Shown here: positions 32,112 through 44,322 of the stretch, one piece after another
How the letters are laid out: the number at the start of each line of letters is the position of its first letter
How positions within the stretch are numbered: the first letter of the stretch is position 1
Source of the DNA: an uncultured delta proteobacterium
Lineage (GTDB): Bacteria > Myxococcota > Myxococcia > Myxococcales > Anaeromyxobacteraceae
Reading direction: 5' to 3'
DNA length: 64,000 bases
NCBI GenBank assembly: GCA_963766715.1
Contig: CAVYBH010000008.1
Location: forward strand, 384,001 to 448,000
Translations under genes and position numbers: made by a program
Notes under the pieces: model-generated
Databases searched by the model: none
What the model was told of the DNA's origin: nothing
What the model saw: only the letters and a program-made list of their open reading frames with translations

Positions 32112-33881
32112 ATGCCGGATCGTGCGGTGAGCCTGCCACCCGTGGAAGTGAGCGTCGACGGGGTGGTCGCGTTCCAGCCCGACTCGCTGCTCGGCACGGT
32201 GGTGGCCGGACGCTACCGGCTCTCCGGGCACCTGGCCTCGGGCGGGATGGCGGCGGTCTACGTCGCCGAGGACACCCGGGACAGGCACGAGGTCGCGCTC
32301 AAGCTGCTGCGCCCCGACCTGGCGGCCTCTCCCGACGTCGTCCGCCGGTTCCTCTGCGAGGGCTCGATCGCCTCGATGATCGAGCACGAGAACGTGGTGC
32401 GCGTCCTCGACCACGGCGGGTCCGGCCAGGGCCCGTACTTCATCGCCATGGAGCTCCTCGAGGGCGAGGGCCTCTTCGACCGGCTGCGCCGGCGGGGGGC
32501 GCTGCCGCCGTCCGAGGTGGTCTCGATCCTCGGCCAGGTGTGCGAGGGGCTCGAGGCCGCGCACCGGCAGGGGGTCATCCACCGGGACCTCAAGCCGGAG
32601 AACATCTTCCTCCACGGCCGGCGCGGCGCTCCACCGGTGGTGAAGATCCTGGACTTCGGGGTGGCCAGCGCCGCCGACGCCGAGACCGGGGACGCCGGCT
32701 TCGTGGTCGGGACGCCGGAGTACCTCTCGCCCGAGCAGGCCTTCGGCAAGGCCGTCGACGCACGCGCCGACATCTACTCGGTGGGCGTCATGGCCTGGCG
32801 GATGCTCGTGGGGCGCACCCCCTTCACGGCCGACTCGGCCGACTCCCTGATCCGCATGCAGGCGCGGGACCCGGTGCCTCCGCTCACCGAGGCCCGGCCC
32901 GACCTGGCCTCCCACCCCGACCTGGTCGCCGCCGTGGCGCGCGCCTGCGCCAAGGATCCCGACGAGCGCCCCGCCTCGGCCGAGGCGCTCGCCGAGGAGC
33001 TGGCCCGCACCATGGGTCACCTGACCCCGCTCCCCGCGGTCCTGCCGATGCCCACCTTCCACACCACCCCGCCCGGGAGCTCGACGGGAGGGGGCGCCAT
33101 CTCCTCGTTCGCCGCGGCGCCTCCGCACGCCCCGGCGCGCCCCGCCCCTCCGGACCGGGGCAACCCCCTCCGGATCGCAGCCGCCGTCCTGCTGGTGATC
33201 GGGCTCGTGGCGGGTGGAGCGGCCCTCCACCTCCACTCCCGCCCGGCGGCACGGGCCGAGCGCCTGCTCGCCCAGGGGCAGGACGGCGAGGCCAGCGCAC
33301 TGCTCGCCGCCGCCGCGGAGGCGCAGCCGGGAAACGCGCGAGTCCGCGCGCTGCTCGGCCGCGCCCTCCTCCGGCTGGGACAGCCGGCCGCGGCGCTCGA
33401 CGCGTACGAGGGCGCCTTCGAGCTCGACCCGGGGGCGATCGAGCCGGCCGACCTGAAGGCGCTCGCGACCGCGCTCACCCGCCGTGGCGCCGTGGCCGAG
33501 CGGTCGGCCCACCTCCTGGCCCGGGTGGGGGCGCCGGCGGCTCCCGAGGTCCTGGCCGCGATTCCCCTCACCTCGGGGGCGGAGCGGGTCCGGGCCATCG
33601 AGCTGGCCGTCGCGCTCGATCCCCGACAGCGGACCGCCTCCGTCGCCTCCTGGTCGCCCCTGCTCGACGACCCGGACTGCGACGTCCGCCGCGCGGCGGT
33701 GCGCAAGCTCGGCGATTCGGGCGATCCGTCGGCGATCCCGCCCCTCCAGAACCTGGCCGGCCTCCGGGAGGGTCGCCCGCCACCGGGCGCCACCCCGGCG
33801 TCGCGGGCCACGTCGGTGTGCGGCGCGCTCGAGGCCGGAGAGGCGCTGGCGCGACTCCAGTCGGCATCGCCTGCCCGCTGA
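32112..33881 (+). CDS. Ser/Thr protein kinase with TM segment and TPR/HEAT-like C-terminus
   Basis: GGMAAVY, VALK, HRDLKPEN, DFG, GTPEYLSPEQ; TM near residue 360. Confidence 0.9.
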   Translation: MPDRAVSLPPVEVSVDGVVAFQPDSLLGTVVAGRYRLSGHLASGGMAAVYVAEDTRDRHEVALKLLRPDLAASPDVVRRFLCEGSIASMIEHENVVRVLDHGGSGQGPYFIAMELLEGEGLFDRLRRRGALPPSEVVSILGQVCEGLEAAHRQGVIHRDLKPENIFLHGRRGAPPVVKILDFGVASAADAETGDAGFVVGTPEYLSPEQAFGKAVDARADIYSVGVMAWRMLVGRTPFTADSADSLIRMQARDPVPPLTEARPDLASHPDLVAAVARACAKDPDERPASAEALAEELARTMGHLTPLPAVLPMPTFHTTPPGSSTGGGAISSFAAAPPHAPARPAPPDRGNPLRIAAAVLLVIGLVAGGAALHLHSRPAARAERLLAQGQDGEASALLAAAAEAQPGNARVRALLGRALLRLGQPAAALDAYEGAFELDPGAIEPADLKALATALTRRGAVAERSAHLLARVGAPAAPEVLAAIPLTSGAERVRAIELAVALDPRQRTASVASWSPLLDDPDCDVRRAAVRKLGDSGDPSAIPPLQNLAGLREGRPPPGATPASRATSVCGALEAGEALARLQSASPAR

Positions 33882-33941
33882 TCCTATGATCCGTCTCGCT
33901 TACCCTGCCGCTTCCGCGGCGACACGACCTGGGAGGTCTGA

Positions 33942-35498
33942 ATGAAGATCGAGGTGACGGGCACCGCGCCCCTGGAGCTGGAAGCATCCGTCCTCGCCGT
34001 TCCCGTCTTCGAGGAGGACGTGGGGGACGCCAGGGGATTCCTGGCCGAGATCGATCGCCGGCTGGGCGGGTACGTGGCGGCGGCCGTGGCGGAGGAGGAT
34101 TTCCAGGGCAAGCCCGGGCAGACGCTCGGCCTCCGCACGCTCGGCAAGATGAAGGCGGCGAGGCTTCTCCTGGTCGGGCTGGGCAAGCGGGAGGGCGCCG
34201 AGACCGCGCTGCCCCGGGCGGGCTTCGAGCCGCTGCGCGTCGCGGCGGGAGAGGCCGCTCGCCAGGCCCAGAAGGGCGGCGCCACGCGGCTGGCGTTCGC
34301 CGCCCCCCGTCTTCCCGGACAGACGGCCCACGAGGCCCGGGCCATCGTCGAAGGGGCGCTGCTCGGCGCCTACCGCTTCGACCGGTACAAGACCGAGGAC
34401 AAGAAGAAGAAGCCTCGCAAGCTCGAGACGCTGGTCGTCGCCGTCCCGCAGGGGCTGGAGCGGTCGAAGGAAGTGAAGGAGTCGCTGGCGCTCGCCCGCT
34501 CGGTGGCCGCGGCGGTCGCCTGGGCCCGGGATCGCGTGAACGAGCCGCCGCTCCACCTCACGCCGTCGCGGCTCGCCGACGCCGCCCGGGAGCTGGCGAA
34601 GGAGTCCGGGCTCCACGTCGAGGTGATGGGGCCCCGGGAGATCGCCGGGCTGCGCATGGGCATGTTCCTGGGCGTGACCCGGGGCTCGGCCGAGGAGCCG
34701 CGGCTCCTCAAGATCTCCTACGTGCCGCGGGGGACGGCGGCGAGGAAGCCCCCGGTGGTCTTCGTCGGCAAGGCGATCACCTTCGACTCGGGTGGCCTCT
34801 CCCTGAAGCCCACCGAGAGCATGGTGGACATGAAGACCGACATGGCCGGGGCGGCCGCGGCCATCGCCGCCATGAAGGTGATCGCGGAGATCGCCCCGCC
34901 CTTCCCGGTGCACGCGCTGGTGGGCGCCTGCGAGAACATGCCGGGCGGGCGCGCCTACAAGCCCTCCGACATCCTCATCGCCCGGAACGGGAAGACGGTG
35001 GAGATCACCAACACCGACGCCGAGGGACGGCTCGTCCTGGGCGACGTGCTGGCCTGGGGCGTCGAGACGCTCGCTCCGGCCGTGCTGGTCGACCTGGCGA
35101 CGCTGACCGGGGCCTGCATCGTGGCGCTCGGCATGACGACGGTGGGCGCGTTCGGTCCCGACGGCCCGGCCATGGACGCGGTGCTCGAGGCGGCGCGCGC
35201 CGCCGGCGAGGACACCTGGCGGCTGCCGCTCACCGAGTCGGTGAAGGAGGAGATCAAGAGCGACGTCGCCGACCTCAAGAACGCGGGCACCCGCATGGGC
35301 GGCTCCATCAGCGCCGCCCACTTCCTGAAGGAGTTCGTCGGCGACGCCCCGTGGGTCCACCTCGACATCGCCGGCCCCTCCAACACGTCGAAGGAGAAGG
35401 GCTACGTCGGCAAGGGCGGCACCGGCGTCGGCGTGCGCACGCTCGTCGAGCTCGTGCGGGCCCGCGCCGGCGAGGAGTCGCGTCCTCCGCGCCGGTAG
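33942..35498 (+). CDS. pepA: Leucyl aminopeptidase (M17)
   Basis: GKAITFDSGG, MKTDMAG, NTDAEGRL, TLTGA, HLDIAG. Confidence 0.95.
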   Translation: MKIEVTGTAPLELEASVLAVPVFEEDVGDARGFLAEIDRRLGGYVAAAVAEEDFQGKPGQTLGLRTLGKMKAARLLLVGLGKREGAETALPRAGFEPLRVAAGEAARQAQKGGATRLAFAAPRLPGQTAHEARAIVEGALLGAYRFDRYKTEDKKKKPRKLETLVVAVPQGLERSKEVKESLALARSVAAAVAWARDRVNEPPLHLTPSRLADAARELAKESGLHVEVMGPREIAGLRMGMFLGVTRGSAEEPRLLKISYVPRGTAARKPPVVFVGKAITFDSGGLSLKPTESMVDMKTDMAGAAAAIAAMKVIAEIAPPFPVHALVGACENMPGGRAYKPSDILIARNGKTVEITNTDAEGRLVLGDVLAWGVETLAPAVLVDLATLTGACIVALGMTTVGAFGPDGPAMDAVLEAARAAGEDTWRLPLTESVKEEIKSDVADLKNAGTRMGGSISAAHFLKEFVGDAPWVHLDIAGPSNTSKEKGYVGKGGTGVGVRTLVELVRARAGEESRPPRR

Positions 35499-35513
35499 CG
35501 CCCCGGTCCCGGC

Positions 35514-36627
35514 ATGAAGGCGCTCGAGGAGCTCGCGCTTCTGCTCCGCCCCGCGGGCGGCGGCGTCCACCTCGTGTCGACCGGACGGGACGCGCAGCTC
35601 GAGGCCCAGCGGAAGCTCTACGGCGTCTCCACCGACGAGGCGGTCCAGGCCTGCTTCCTGGATCGCCTCTCCCGGATCGGCTCGGCGCGCGCCGTGGTCC
35701 TGGGCATCCCCTCCGACGTCGGCGCCGGGTTCCTCCGCGGCGCCAACCAGGGGCCGCTCGCCATCCGCACGCGCCTCCTCGAGGAGGACCCGGCCTGGCT
35801 CACCCGCGCCGCGGGCCAGGGACTCCTCGACCTCGGCGACGTCTTCGTCGTGCCCCAGCTCCTCCACGACGAGATGCTCTCCGACGGCGCAGCTCGCGGC
35901 CTCGCGCCGCGCGCTCTACCCGGGACTCGCGCCGGCGCTGGCGGCCCGGCTCCCGGTGTCCCCGCTCTCGATCGCCGAGCGGGTCCTCGACCTCGTGCTC
36001 TCCCTCGCGCCGTCGGCCGCGCCCGTCCTCCTGGGCGGGGACCACTCGACCGCCTGGCCGGCGGTGGCGGCGCTCGCCCGGGTCCGGCCCGGCATGGGCC
36101 TCGTCCAGATCGACGCGCACACCGACCTCCTCGAGGAGCGACTCGGAGTGAAATACTGCTTCGGGACCTGGTCGTTCCACGCCAACGAGCTCCTCGGCCG
36201 CGGGGGGCGGCTCGTCCAGCTGGGGATCCGGGCCTCCCGGCACGACCGCGCCCACTGGGAGTCGACGCTGGGGGTCCGCCAGCTCTGGGCGGCGGACGTG
36301 CTCGCCGATCCGGCCCGGGCGCTCGACGAGGCGGTCCGGGCCGTGCGCGCCTCCGGCGCACGCGGCGTCTACTTCTCGAACGACGTGGACGGGACCGACG
36401 AGGCCTGGGCGGACGCGACCGGCACGCCGGAACCGGGCGGGCTCGAGCCCGGCTTCGTGGTGGAGCTCATCCGCCGGCTGGGCCGGGAGGTGGGGCTCGT
36501 GGGCGGGGACGTCATGGAGGTCGCGCCGTCCCTCGCCCGGACGCCGGGCGGCGCGGACCGGACCCTGGGGCTCGCCGCCCGATACTTCCGCGAGACCGTG
36601 GACGCGTTGCTCGCGGTGCGCCGCTAG
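35514..36627 (+). CDS. Arginase/agmatinase family protein; frameshift near 35885
   Basis: GGDHS, DAHTD, SNDVDGTD, TGTPEPGG, DVMEVAP. Confidence 0.85.
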
Positions 36628-36641
36628 GAGCGCGGGCCTCG

Positions 36642-36941
36642 CTACACCTTGGCCTTCGCCTCTTCCTTCCTGGCCGGGACGCCGGCCAGGGTGGCGACCG
36701 CCGCTCCGACCACCGCGCCGCCGACCGCGAAGAGGGCGCCCACGCCGGTCACGCCGAGGACCATCCCGAAGACGATGAGCGCGCGGACGAGGAAGGTGGC
36801 CTGCACCGGGGTCCCGGCGATCCCGCCGGCGAGCAGCACGCCCGCGTAGCCTCCGTACAGCAGCGCGGGGAGCAGGCCGAGCGCGAGGAAGAGAGCCAGT
36901 CCGACTGCGGCGCCGATGATGGTGGGGGTCTTGCGGGTCAT
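36642..36941 (-). CDS. Small Gly/Ala-rich membrane protein
   Basis: 99 aa almost entirely hydrophobic; strong AAGGAGG SD. Confidence 0.8.
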   Translation of the reverse strand: MTRKTPTIIGAAVGLALFLALGLLPALLYGGYAGVLLAGGIAGTPVQATFLVRALIVFGMVLGVTGVGALFAVGGAVVGAAVATLAGVPARKEEAKAKV

Positions 36942-36968
36942 GACGTCCTCCTTGGTTGTCTGGAGGTA

Positions 36969-36986
36969 TTGCAGCCCTCCTGCCAG
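36969..36986 (-). promoter_or_regulatory. Putative sigma54 (-24/-12) promoter
   Basis: Minus strand CTGGCAGGAGGGCTGCAA: TGGCA...TGCA with exact GG-N10-GC spacing, about 28 nt upstream of the ATG. Confidence 0.7.
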
Positions 36987-37116
36987 CTTCCGTCACCCGT
37001 GATCCCGGGCATTTGCCGAGGCCCGCTGTCGGGATTTCCGGACGTGTGACGCGGAGCGGCCGACAGCCGGGCCCCCCGCCCGGGACGCCCGTGCACCCGC
37101 CCGGGGCGGACGGGGC

Positions 37117-37686
37117 TCAGTGGATGCGGGGCAGGAGGGGGAGGCCCGCGACGACGGCCGCTTCCTCGTCGGCCATCTCGGCGAGCCGGCGATCCACGTC
37201 GATGCCGCCGGCGTGGACGCGGGCCAGGTCGACGAAGAGCCGCTCGTGGCCGGCCTCGGAGATGGCGAGACGCCGGTAGAACTCCCGCAGCCGGGGCTCG
37301 GCGATCGCCTCGCCGAGCAGGGTCAGCCGCTCGCAGCTCCGCGCCTCGACGAGCGCGCAGACGAGGAGCTGCTCGGCGAGCCGTCCCCGCCCTCCCCCGG
37401 CGAGCCGCAGGAGCGACTGCACGTAGGGATCGCCCGCATCGGGCGGCAGGGTGCGCCCGCGCTGCGCCAGCTCGTTCAGCACGGCGAGGAAGTGATGCGT
37501 CTCCTCCTGCGCCAGCCTGGCCAGCTTGCGGACCAGGTCGGGCTCCCCGGCGTTGTCGGCGACGAGCTTCACGGCGGTGGCCGCCGCCTTCTTCTCGCAG
37601 TGGGCGTGGTCGCCGAGCGTGGCGTCGAGGTCGGAGACGGCCACCTCGACCCAGCGCGGATCGGTGCTCGAGCGGAGGATGCTCAC
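37117..37686 (-). CDS. miaE: tRNA-(ms2io6A37) hydroxylase
   Basis: [32 protein letters not shown] di-iron motifs. Confidence 0.9.
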   Translation of the reverse strand: MSILRSSTDPRWVEVAVSDLDATLGDHAHCEKKAAATAVKLVADNAGEPDLVRKLARLAQEETHHFLAVLNELAQRGRTLPPDAGDPYVQSLLRLAGGGRGRLAEQLLVCALVEARSCERLTLLGEAIAEPRLREFYRRLAISEAGHERLFVDLARVHAGGIDVDRRLAEMADEEAAVVAGLPLLPRIH

Positions 37687-38650
37687 GGGGCGAACATACC
37701 TCCGGCGAGGCGCGCCGGCGTCCGGGGAATCGCGCTCGAGGCGGAATCCTTCCACCAGGTCCACCGGCCGGGCGTGCGCCCCCTGCGCCACGAGCCCGCA
37801 GGTGGCCGCCAGCGCGCCCACCACGGCGTCGGGGTCCGCGCCTCCGGCGCGCAGCTCCCCGAGGGATCGCGCGCCGTGCCGCTTGGCGAGCCGCTCTCCG
37901 TCCTCGCCCACCACCAGCGGGACGTGGGCGTACCGGGGCAGCGGGAGCCCCAGCGCCCGGCCGAGGAGGATCTGGCGGGAGGTGGACGGGAGCAGGTCGT
38001 CCCCGCGGACCACGTCGGTGATCTCCATGGCCGCGTCGTCGAGGACCACGGCGAGCTGGTACGAGGGCACGCCGTCGGCCCGGGCCACCACGAAGTCGCC
38101 CACCGTCGCCGCCACGTCGAAGGAACACCGACCGTGAATGCCGTCGCTCGAAGTCCACCGGCCCCTCCGGGACCCGGAACCGCCAGGCCGGGGGGCGCCG
38201 CGCGGAACGGGCGGCCCGCTCCGCCTCCCCGAGATCGCGGCACGTCCCCGGGTACCGCGGCCCGTCGTCCCCGGCGTGGGGCGCCTGCGACGCCTGGGCG
38301 ATCTCGGCGCGGGAGCAGAAGCACGGGTAGACGAGCCCGGCCTCCCGGAGCCGGTCGAGCGCCCCGGCGTATCGCTCGCCGCGCTCCGACTGCCGGTAGG
38401 GTCCGAGCGCGCCCCCCACGTCCGGCCCCTCGTCCCAGTCGAGCCCCAGCCAGCGGAGCTCCTCGAGGATGCGGGCCTCGAGCCCGGGCCTCACCCGGGG
38501 CCCGTCCAGGTCCTCGACGCGCATGACGAGAGCACCCCGGAGGGACCTCGCGGCCAGCCAGGCGAGCAGCGCCGTGCGGGCGTTCCCCAGATGGAGGGGG
38601 CCGGTCGGACTGGGGGCGAACCTTCCGCGGATATGCCGGGGGTGAGACAA
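37683..38650 (-). CDS. gluQ: tRNA glutamyl-Q(34) synthetase; frameshifts near 38145 and 37725; start approximate
   Basis: [50 protein letters not shown]; no anticodon-binding domain. Confidence 0.88.
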
Positions 38651-38699
38651 CGATTCCCTGGATAACTCGCCGGGGATCCGGCTACAAGTCCACGTTCCG

Positions 38700-40253
38700 A
38701 TGCGCGAATCCGGCGTCCTCATCCCCCTGTTCTCGATCCGCTCGCCGTCGGGCTGGGGGCTGGGCGAGATCCCCGACCTGGTGCCGTTCGCGCGCTGGGC
38801 GGTCTCGGCCGGGTTCTCCCTCGTCCAGGTACTGCCGGTGAACGAGGTGGCTCGCGGGCAGGACAGCCCCTACACCGCCATCTCCGCCTTCGCCATCGAC
38901 CCCGTCTACCTCGCGCTGGACGCCACCGAGGACTTCCTGGCCGCCGGCGGCCGCGACGCGCTCCAGCCGTCCGACCGCGCGCTGCTCGCGGAGCTCCAGC
39001 AGTCCGACCGCGTCCGGTGGAACGACATCCGGCCCCTCAAGGAGCGGGCCTGCGAGATCGCCTTCCGGTCGTTCCTCGAGAAGGAGTGGCACGCCAGCAC
39101 GGCGCGCGCCGCGGCGCTGCGGGAGTACCGGCGGCAGCACGCCTCCTGGCTGGCCGACTACGCGCTCTTCGTCTCCCTCCACGACGACCTGCACGGCGGA
39201 CGGAGCTGGCAGGACTGGCCGGAGCCGCTCGCCTCCCGCGACCCGGAGGCGCTGGCCTCGGCCCGGGCCTCGCTCTCCGAGCGGATCCTCTTCCGCTCCT
39301 GGCTGCAGTGGCAGCTCGACGAGCAGTGGCACGCGGCGCGCCGGGCGGTGGTCACGGCGGGCGCCGACCTCATGGGCGACCTCCCCTTCATGGTCGCCAC
39401 CGACTCGGCCGACGTCTGGGCCCGCCCGTTCGACTTCCGGCTCGACGCCCGCGCCGGCGTCCCGCCCGACGCCTTCAGCGCCGAGGGGCAGGACTGGGGC
39501 CTGCCGGTCTACCGCTGGGACGAGATGGCCCGGAACGGGTACGCCTGGATCGCCGCCCGGGCGCGCCGCTCGGCCGAGCTCTACGGCGCGTACCGCGTGG
39601 ACCACGTGGTGGGGTTCTACCGGAGCTACTTCCGACCCAACGACGGGGGCCCCCCGGCCTTCGTTCCCGACACCGAGCCCGCCCAGATCGCGAACGGCGA
39701 GCGGGTCATGGCGGCCTTCGCCCAGGGTGCGCGCGTCATCGCCGAGGACCTCGGCACCGTTCCCGACTTCGTCCGCGAGTCGCTCGCCCGGCTGGCGATC
39801 CCGGGCTACCGCGTGCTGCGCTGGGAGAAGGACGACGCCGTCTTCCGCGACCCGGCGAGGTGGCCCGTCGTCTCGCTCGCCACCACCGGCACCCACGACA
39901 CCGACTCGCTCGCCGACTGGTACGAGTCGCTCCCCGCCGCCGAGCGCGCCGCGCTGCTGGCGCTGCCCGAGCTCGCGGATCTGGCGCGCCGGGCGCCGGT
40001 GACCTTCGACGACGGCGTCCGGGACGCCCTGCTCGAGCTCGTCTCGGGCTCGCGCTCCGACCTCCTGCTCCTGCCCTTCCAGGACGCCGTCGGCGCCCGG
40101 GAGCGCGTCAACGTCCCCGGCACGGTGAACCCGGGGAACTGGTCCTACCGGATTCCCCAGCTGGTCTCGGCGCTGCTCGCCGACCAGGCGGCGGCGGAGC
40201 GGCTGTCGGCGCTGGCGCTGCGCACCGGACGGACGAGGCCGGGCGTCGCGTGA
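38700..40253 (+). CDS. malQ: 4-alpha-glucanotransferase (GH77)
   Basis: SPY, GDLPF, GQDWGLP, RVDHVVG, IAEDLG, TGTHD, NVPGT. Confidence 0.92.
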   Translation: MRESGVLIPLFSIRSPSGWGLGEIPDLVPFARWAVSAGFSLVQVLPVNEVARGQDSPYTAISAFAIDPVYLALDATEDFLAAGGRDALQPSDRALLAELQQSDRVRWNDIRPLKERACEIAFRSFLEKEWHASTARAAALREYRRQHASWLADYALFVSLHDDLHGGRSWQDWPEPLASRDPEALASARASLSERILFRSWLQWQLDEQWHAARRAVVTAGADLMGDLPFMVATDSADVWARPFDFRLDARAGVPPDAFSAEGQDWGLPVYRWDEMARNGYAWIAARARRSAELYGAYRVDHVVGFYRSYFRPNDGGPPAFVPDTEPAQIANGERVMAAFAQGARVIAEDLGTVPDFVRESLARLAIPGYRVLRWEKDDAVFRDPARWPVVSLATTGTHDTDSLADWYESLPAAERAALLALPELADLARRAPVTFDDGVRDALLELVSGSRSDLLLLPFQDAVGARERVNVPGTVNPGNWSYRIPQLVSALLADQAAAERLSALALRTGRTRPGVA

Positions 40254-40692
40254 GCGCCGAGACCTACCTGATCCGTCACGCCGAGGCAGGCGCCGGGGTC
40301 GGGATCAAGGACGCCGACCGGCGGATCACCGACCACGGCCGGGCCGGGTTCGAGCGCTTGCTGGCGGTGCTCGGTCCGTCGCTCTCCGTGAGGCGCATCC
40401 TGACCAGCCCGTTCTTGCGGGCGCGCGAGACCGCCGGGATCCTCGAGGCAGGCCACCGGGGCCCCCGTGGAGCCCTCCGACGAGCTCGCCTCCGGCCACT
40501 GCTCCGGGCGCGAGCTGCTGGCCGTGGCCCGGCAGGCCGGTCCCGGCGCGGCCCTGGTAGGTCACAACCCGGAGATCGCCGAGGCGCTCGCGGCGGCGGG
40601 AAGCGGCGGGGCCGCCGGTCCCCCCGGGGACCGTCGCCGCGCTCGACCTGGGCGGCGCCAGGCCCCGGGTGCTGTGGATCCGGTCCCCCTGA
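40250..40692 (+). CDS. sixA: SixA-type phosphohistidine phosphatase; frameshifted
   Basis: YLIRHAEA, DADRRIT, TSPFLRARETA, LVGHNP. Confidence 0.8.
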
Positions 40693-40705
40693 TATGCTCC
40701 CGGGG

Positions 40706-42307
<1,602 letters not shown>

Positions 42308-42310
42308 GCC

Positions 42311-43033
42311 GTGTCCTCCGAGCGTCGCGATCGCTTCCTGAAGCTCGAGCGGCCACGCCAGCCCGGCGGCAGCGCGCCCGACGCGCTCCCGGGCGAGGAA
42401 CGCTTCGAGGGAATCGGCGCCGGGACGGGCAGCCAGGCCCGCCGCCGGGCAACGGCGTGCCCTCCACGTCCACCGACCGCTTCCGTCCGCCGCCCGAGCG
42501 CCCCCTCGAGACCGCCGGCCATCCGGAGGACGCGCAGCCATTCACCCGCTGCGCGTCCTGCCAGATGGACAACACGGTGTACGCGGCGGCCTGCCAGAAC
42601 TGCGGCGCCGCGCTCGACACCCCGGCCCAGCGGGACTTCAACGAGCGGCTCTGGGCGAGCCGCCGCGCCGAGGCCGAGGCCGAGCGCCGGGCCGCCGCGG
42701 AGCTGGAGAAGGAGCGGCAGCGCGACGCGGCCGCCCAGGCCCGGGCCCGCCGCGAGCTGGCCGAGGAGATGGCGCGGCAGGAGAAGGACCGGATCGACGA
42801 CCAGTACGGCGCGGGACGTCCCCGGGCGGCCGTCGTCGGACACCGCCGGGATGCGGCTGCTCCGCCTCGTGCCCGGCGCCGGCTGGCGCATCGCGATCGC
42901 GGTGGTCGCCATCGGGATCCCGCTCCTGCTCCTGCTCTTCGGGCGCGGCCCGATCCAGCTCGCCGGCATGGCGATCCTGGGCCTCCTCGTCGCGCTCTTC
43001 TCGCCCGCGCGGCGCCGCACCCGGAGGTGGTGA
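42311..43033 (+). CDS. Hypothetical zinc-ribbon/coiled-coil membrane protein; frameshifted
   Basis: CASC...CQNC, charged helix, two C-terminal TM segments. Confidence 0.6.
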   Translation: MSSERRDRFLKLERPRQPGGSAPDALPGEERFEGIGAGTGSQARRRATACPPRPPTASVRRPSAPSRPPAIRRTRSHSPAARPARWTTRCTRRPARTAAPRSTPRPSGTSTSGSGRAAAPRPRPSAGPPRSWRRSGSATRPPRPGPAASWPRRWRGRRRTGSTTSTARDVPGRPSSDTAGMRLLRLVPGAGWRIAIAVVAIGIPLLLLLFGRGPIQLAGMAILGLLVALFSPARRRTRRW

Positions 43034-43407
43034 TGTCCCAGAACGTCGGAATCGTCGTCGCCGTGCAGGGCCTCGCGGTGCTCCTCCAGGTGGTGGCGGA
43101 GCTGGGGGCGCAGTACCGGGCCGAGAAGAAGATGCGCACCGCCGACGGCGCGACCCACGACGTGGACTACGTGGTGAAGGACGGCGAGGCCGAGGTCGGG
43201 CTCCGGGTGGACAAGAAGACCGACCAGGTGACGATCATCCCGAAGGACTGCGACGCCGGGCCCGGGAAGGCGCTGGCCGGGCGGATCGCCCAGCGCTGGG
43301 CGTACTCGAAGGCGGTCGGCGAGCTGAAGCGCAAGGGGTACACCGTGGCCAAGGAGGAGAAGCAGGCCGACGGCACGGTGCGCGTGGTCATGCAGCGCTG
43401 GAGGTGA
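43033..43407 (+). CDS. DUF1257 (Ycf35)-like protein
   Basis: C-terminal IAQRWAY...[23 protein letters not shown] typical of the family; context with AAA and DUF2997. Confidence 0.65.
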   Translation: MSQNVGIVVAVQGLAVLLQVVAELGAQYRAEKKMRTADGATHDVDYVVKDGEAEVGLRVDKKTDQVTIIPKDCDAGPGKALAGRIAQRWAYSKAVGELKRKGYTVAKEEKQADGTVRVVMQRWR

Positions 43408-43410
43408 GCC

Positions 43411-43611
43411 GTGGCCGAGAAGATCGAGATCGAGCTGCACTTCACGCCCGACGGCCAGGTCCGGCTCGAGACCCGCGGGCTGAAGGGAAAGACCTGCGTC
43501 ACCGAGACCGAGGCGCTCGAGAAGGCGCTGGGGCGGGTGGAGGCGCGGACGAAGACCTCCGAGTACTACCAGCAGCCTGCCGCGGTGAAGGGAACCACCC
43601 GGCAGGGCTGA
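43411..43611 (+). CDS. DUF2997 family protein
   Basis: FTPDGQV...GLKGKTC...TEALEKALG...TSEYY. Confidence 0.8.
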   Translation: MAEKIEIELHFTPDGQVRLETRGLKGKTCVTETEALEKALGRVEARTKTSEYYQQPAAVKGTTRQG

Positions 43612-43631
43612 CGGCGCCGGCCGGCAGCCGG

Positions 43632-44209
43632 TCACCCCTCCGGCCAGCCGCTCCGCTCGAGCCGCCCGTCGGGGCCGAGGCGGAGCTCCACCGTGCGCTC
43701 CGGTGTCCCGGGCCCGATCCGCTCCACACCCGGCTCGTACCGGCCGGTGAGGAAGTGGAAGCGCTGGTTCCCGGAGCCGGCCCAGCGTCGCGACGTCTCC
43801 GGGAGATCCCGCCGGAAGGGGCCGTCGACCAGCAGGTCGACCTCCGCGAGGAGCGCCTCCGCTCCCGGCACGCCGGCCGGCGCGCAGGTCCTCGAGGAGG
43901 TGGCCGGTGAAGACCACGACCGAGAGCCCGCGCTCCCGCACCTCCCGGGCGAAGGGCGCGAGCGCCGCCGCCTGCTCGAGGGGCTCTCCGCCGAGCAGCG
44001 TGATCCCCTCGACGCGTCCCGCCACGCCGTCCAGGCGGGCGAGCAGCTCTCCCGGCTCGACCGTCCGGCCTCCCGGCCGGGTCGAACATGTGGGGATTGC
44101 AGCAGCCCGGGCAGCGAATGGAGCAGCCCTGGAGCCAGACGGCGAAGCGGGACCCCGGCCCCTCGGCCTCGGTGACGTCGACGACGGCGGCGATCCGGAT
44201 CGGGGCCAT
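43632..44209 (-). CDS. NrdG-like radical SAM (4Fe-4S) protein; frameshifts near 44070 and 43885
   Basis: [19 protein letters not shown] (CxxxCxxC), [20 protein letters not shown]. Confidence 0.85.
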
Positions 44210-44322
44210 TTCCGTGCCATCCTAGCCCGCCCCCGGCCCCACTCGACGGCACCCTTGATCTCCACCCCCCGGTGCGCGATCTTGCGGGCCCCGCCGCCCC
44301 CGCCCCGCAGCCGGAGGATTCC

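Noticed and set aside
37117..38115. Apparent GluQ-MiaE fusion
   Set aside because: Most simply a frameshift near 37725; a GTGA stop/start overlap at 37683-37686 indicates two coupled genes, though reads would be needed to be certain
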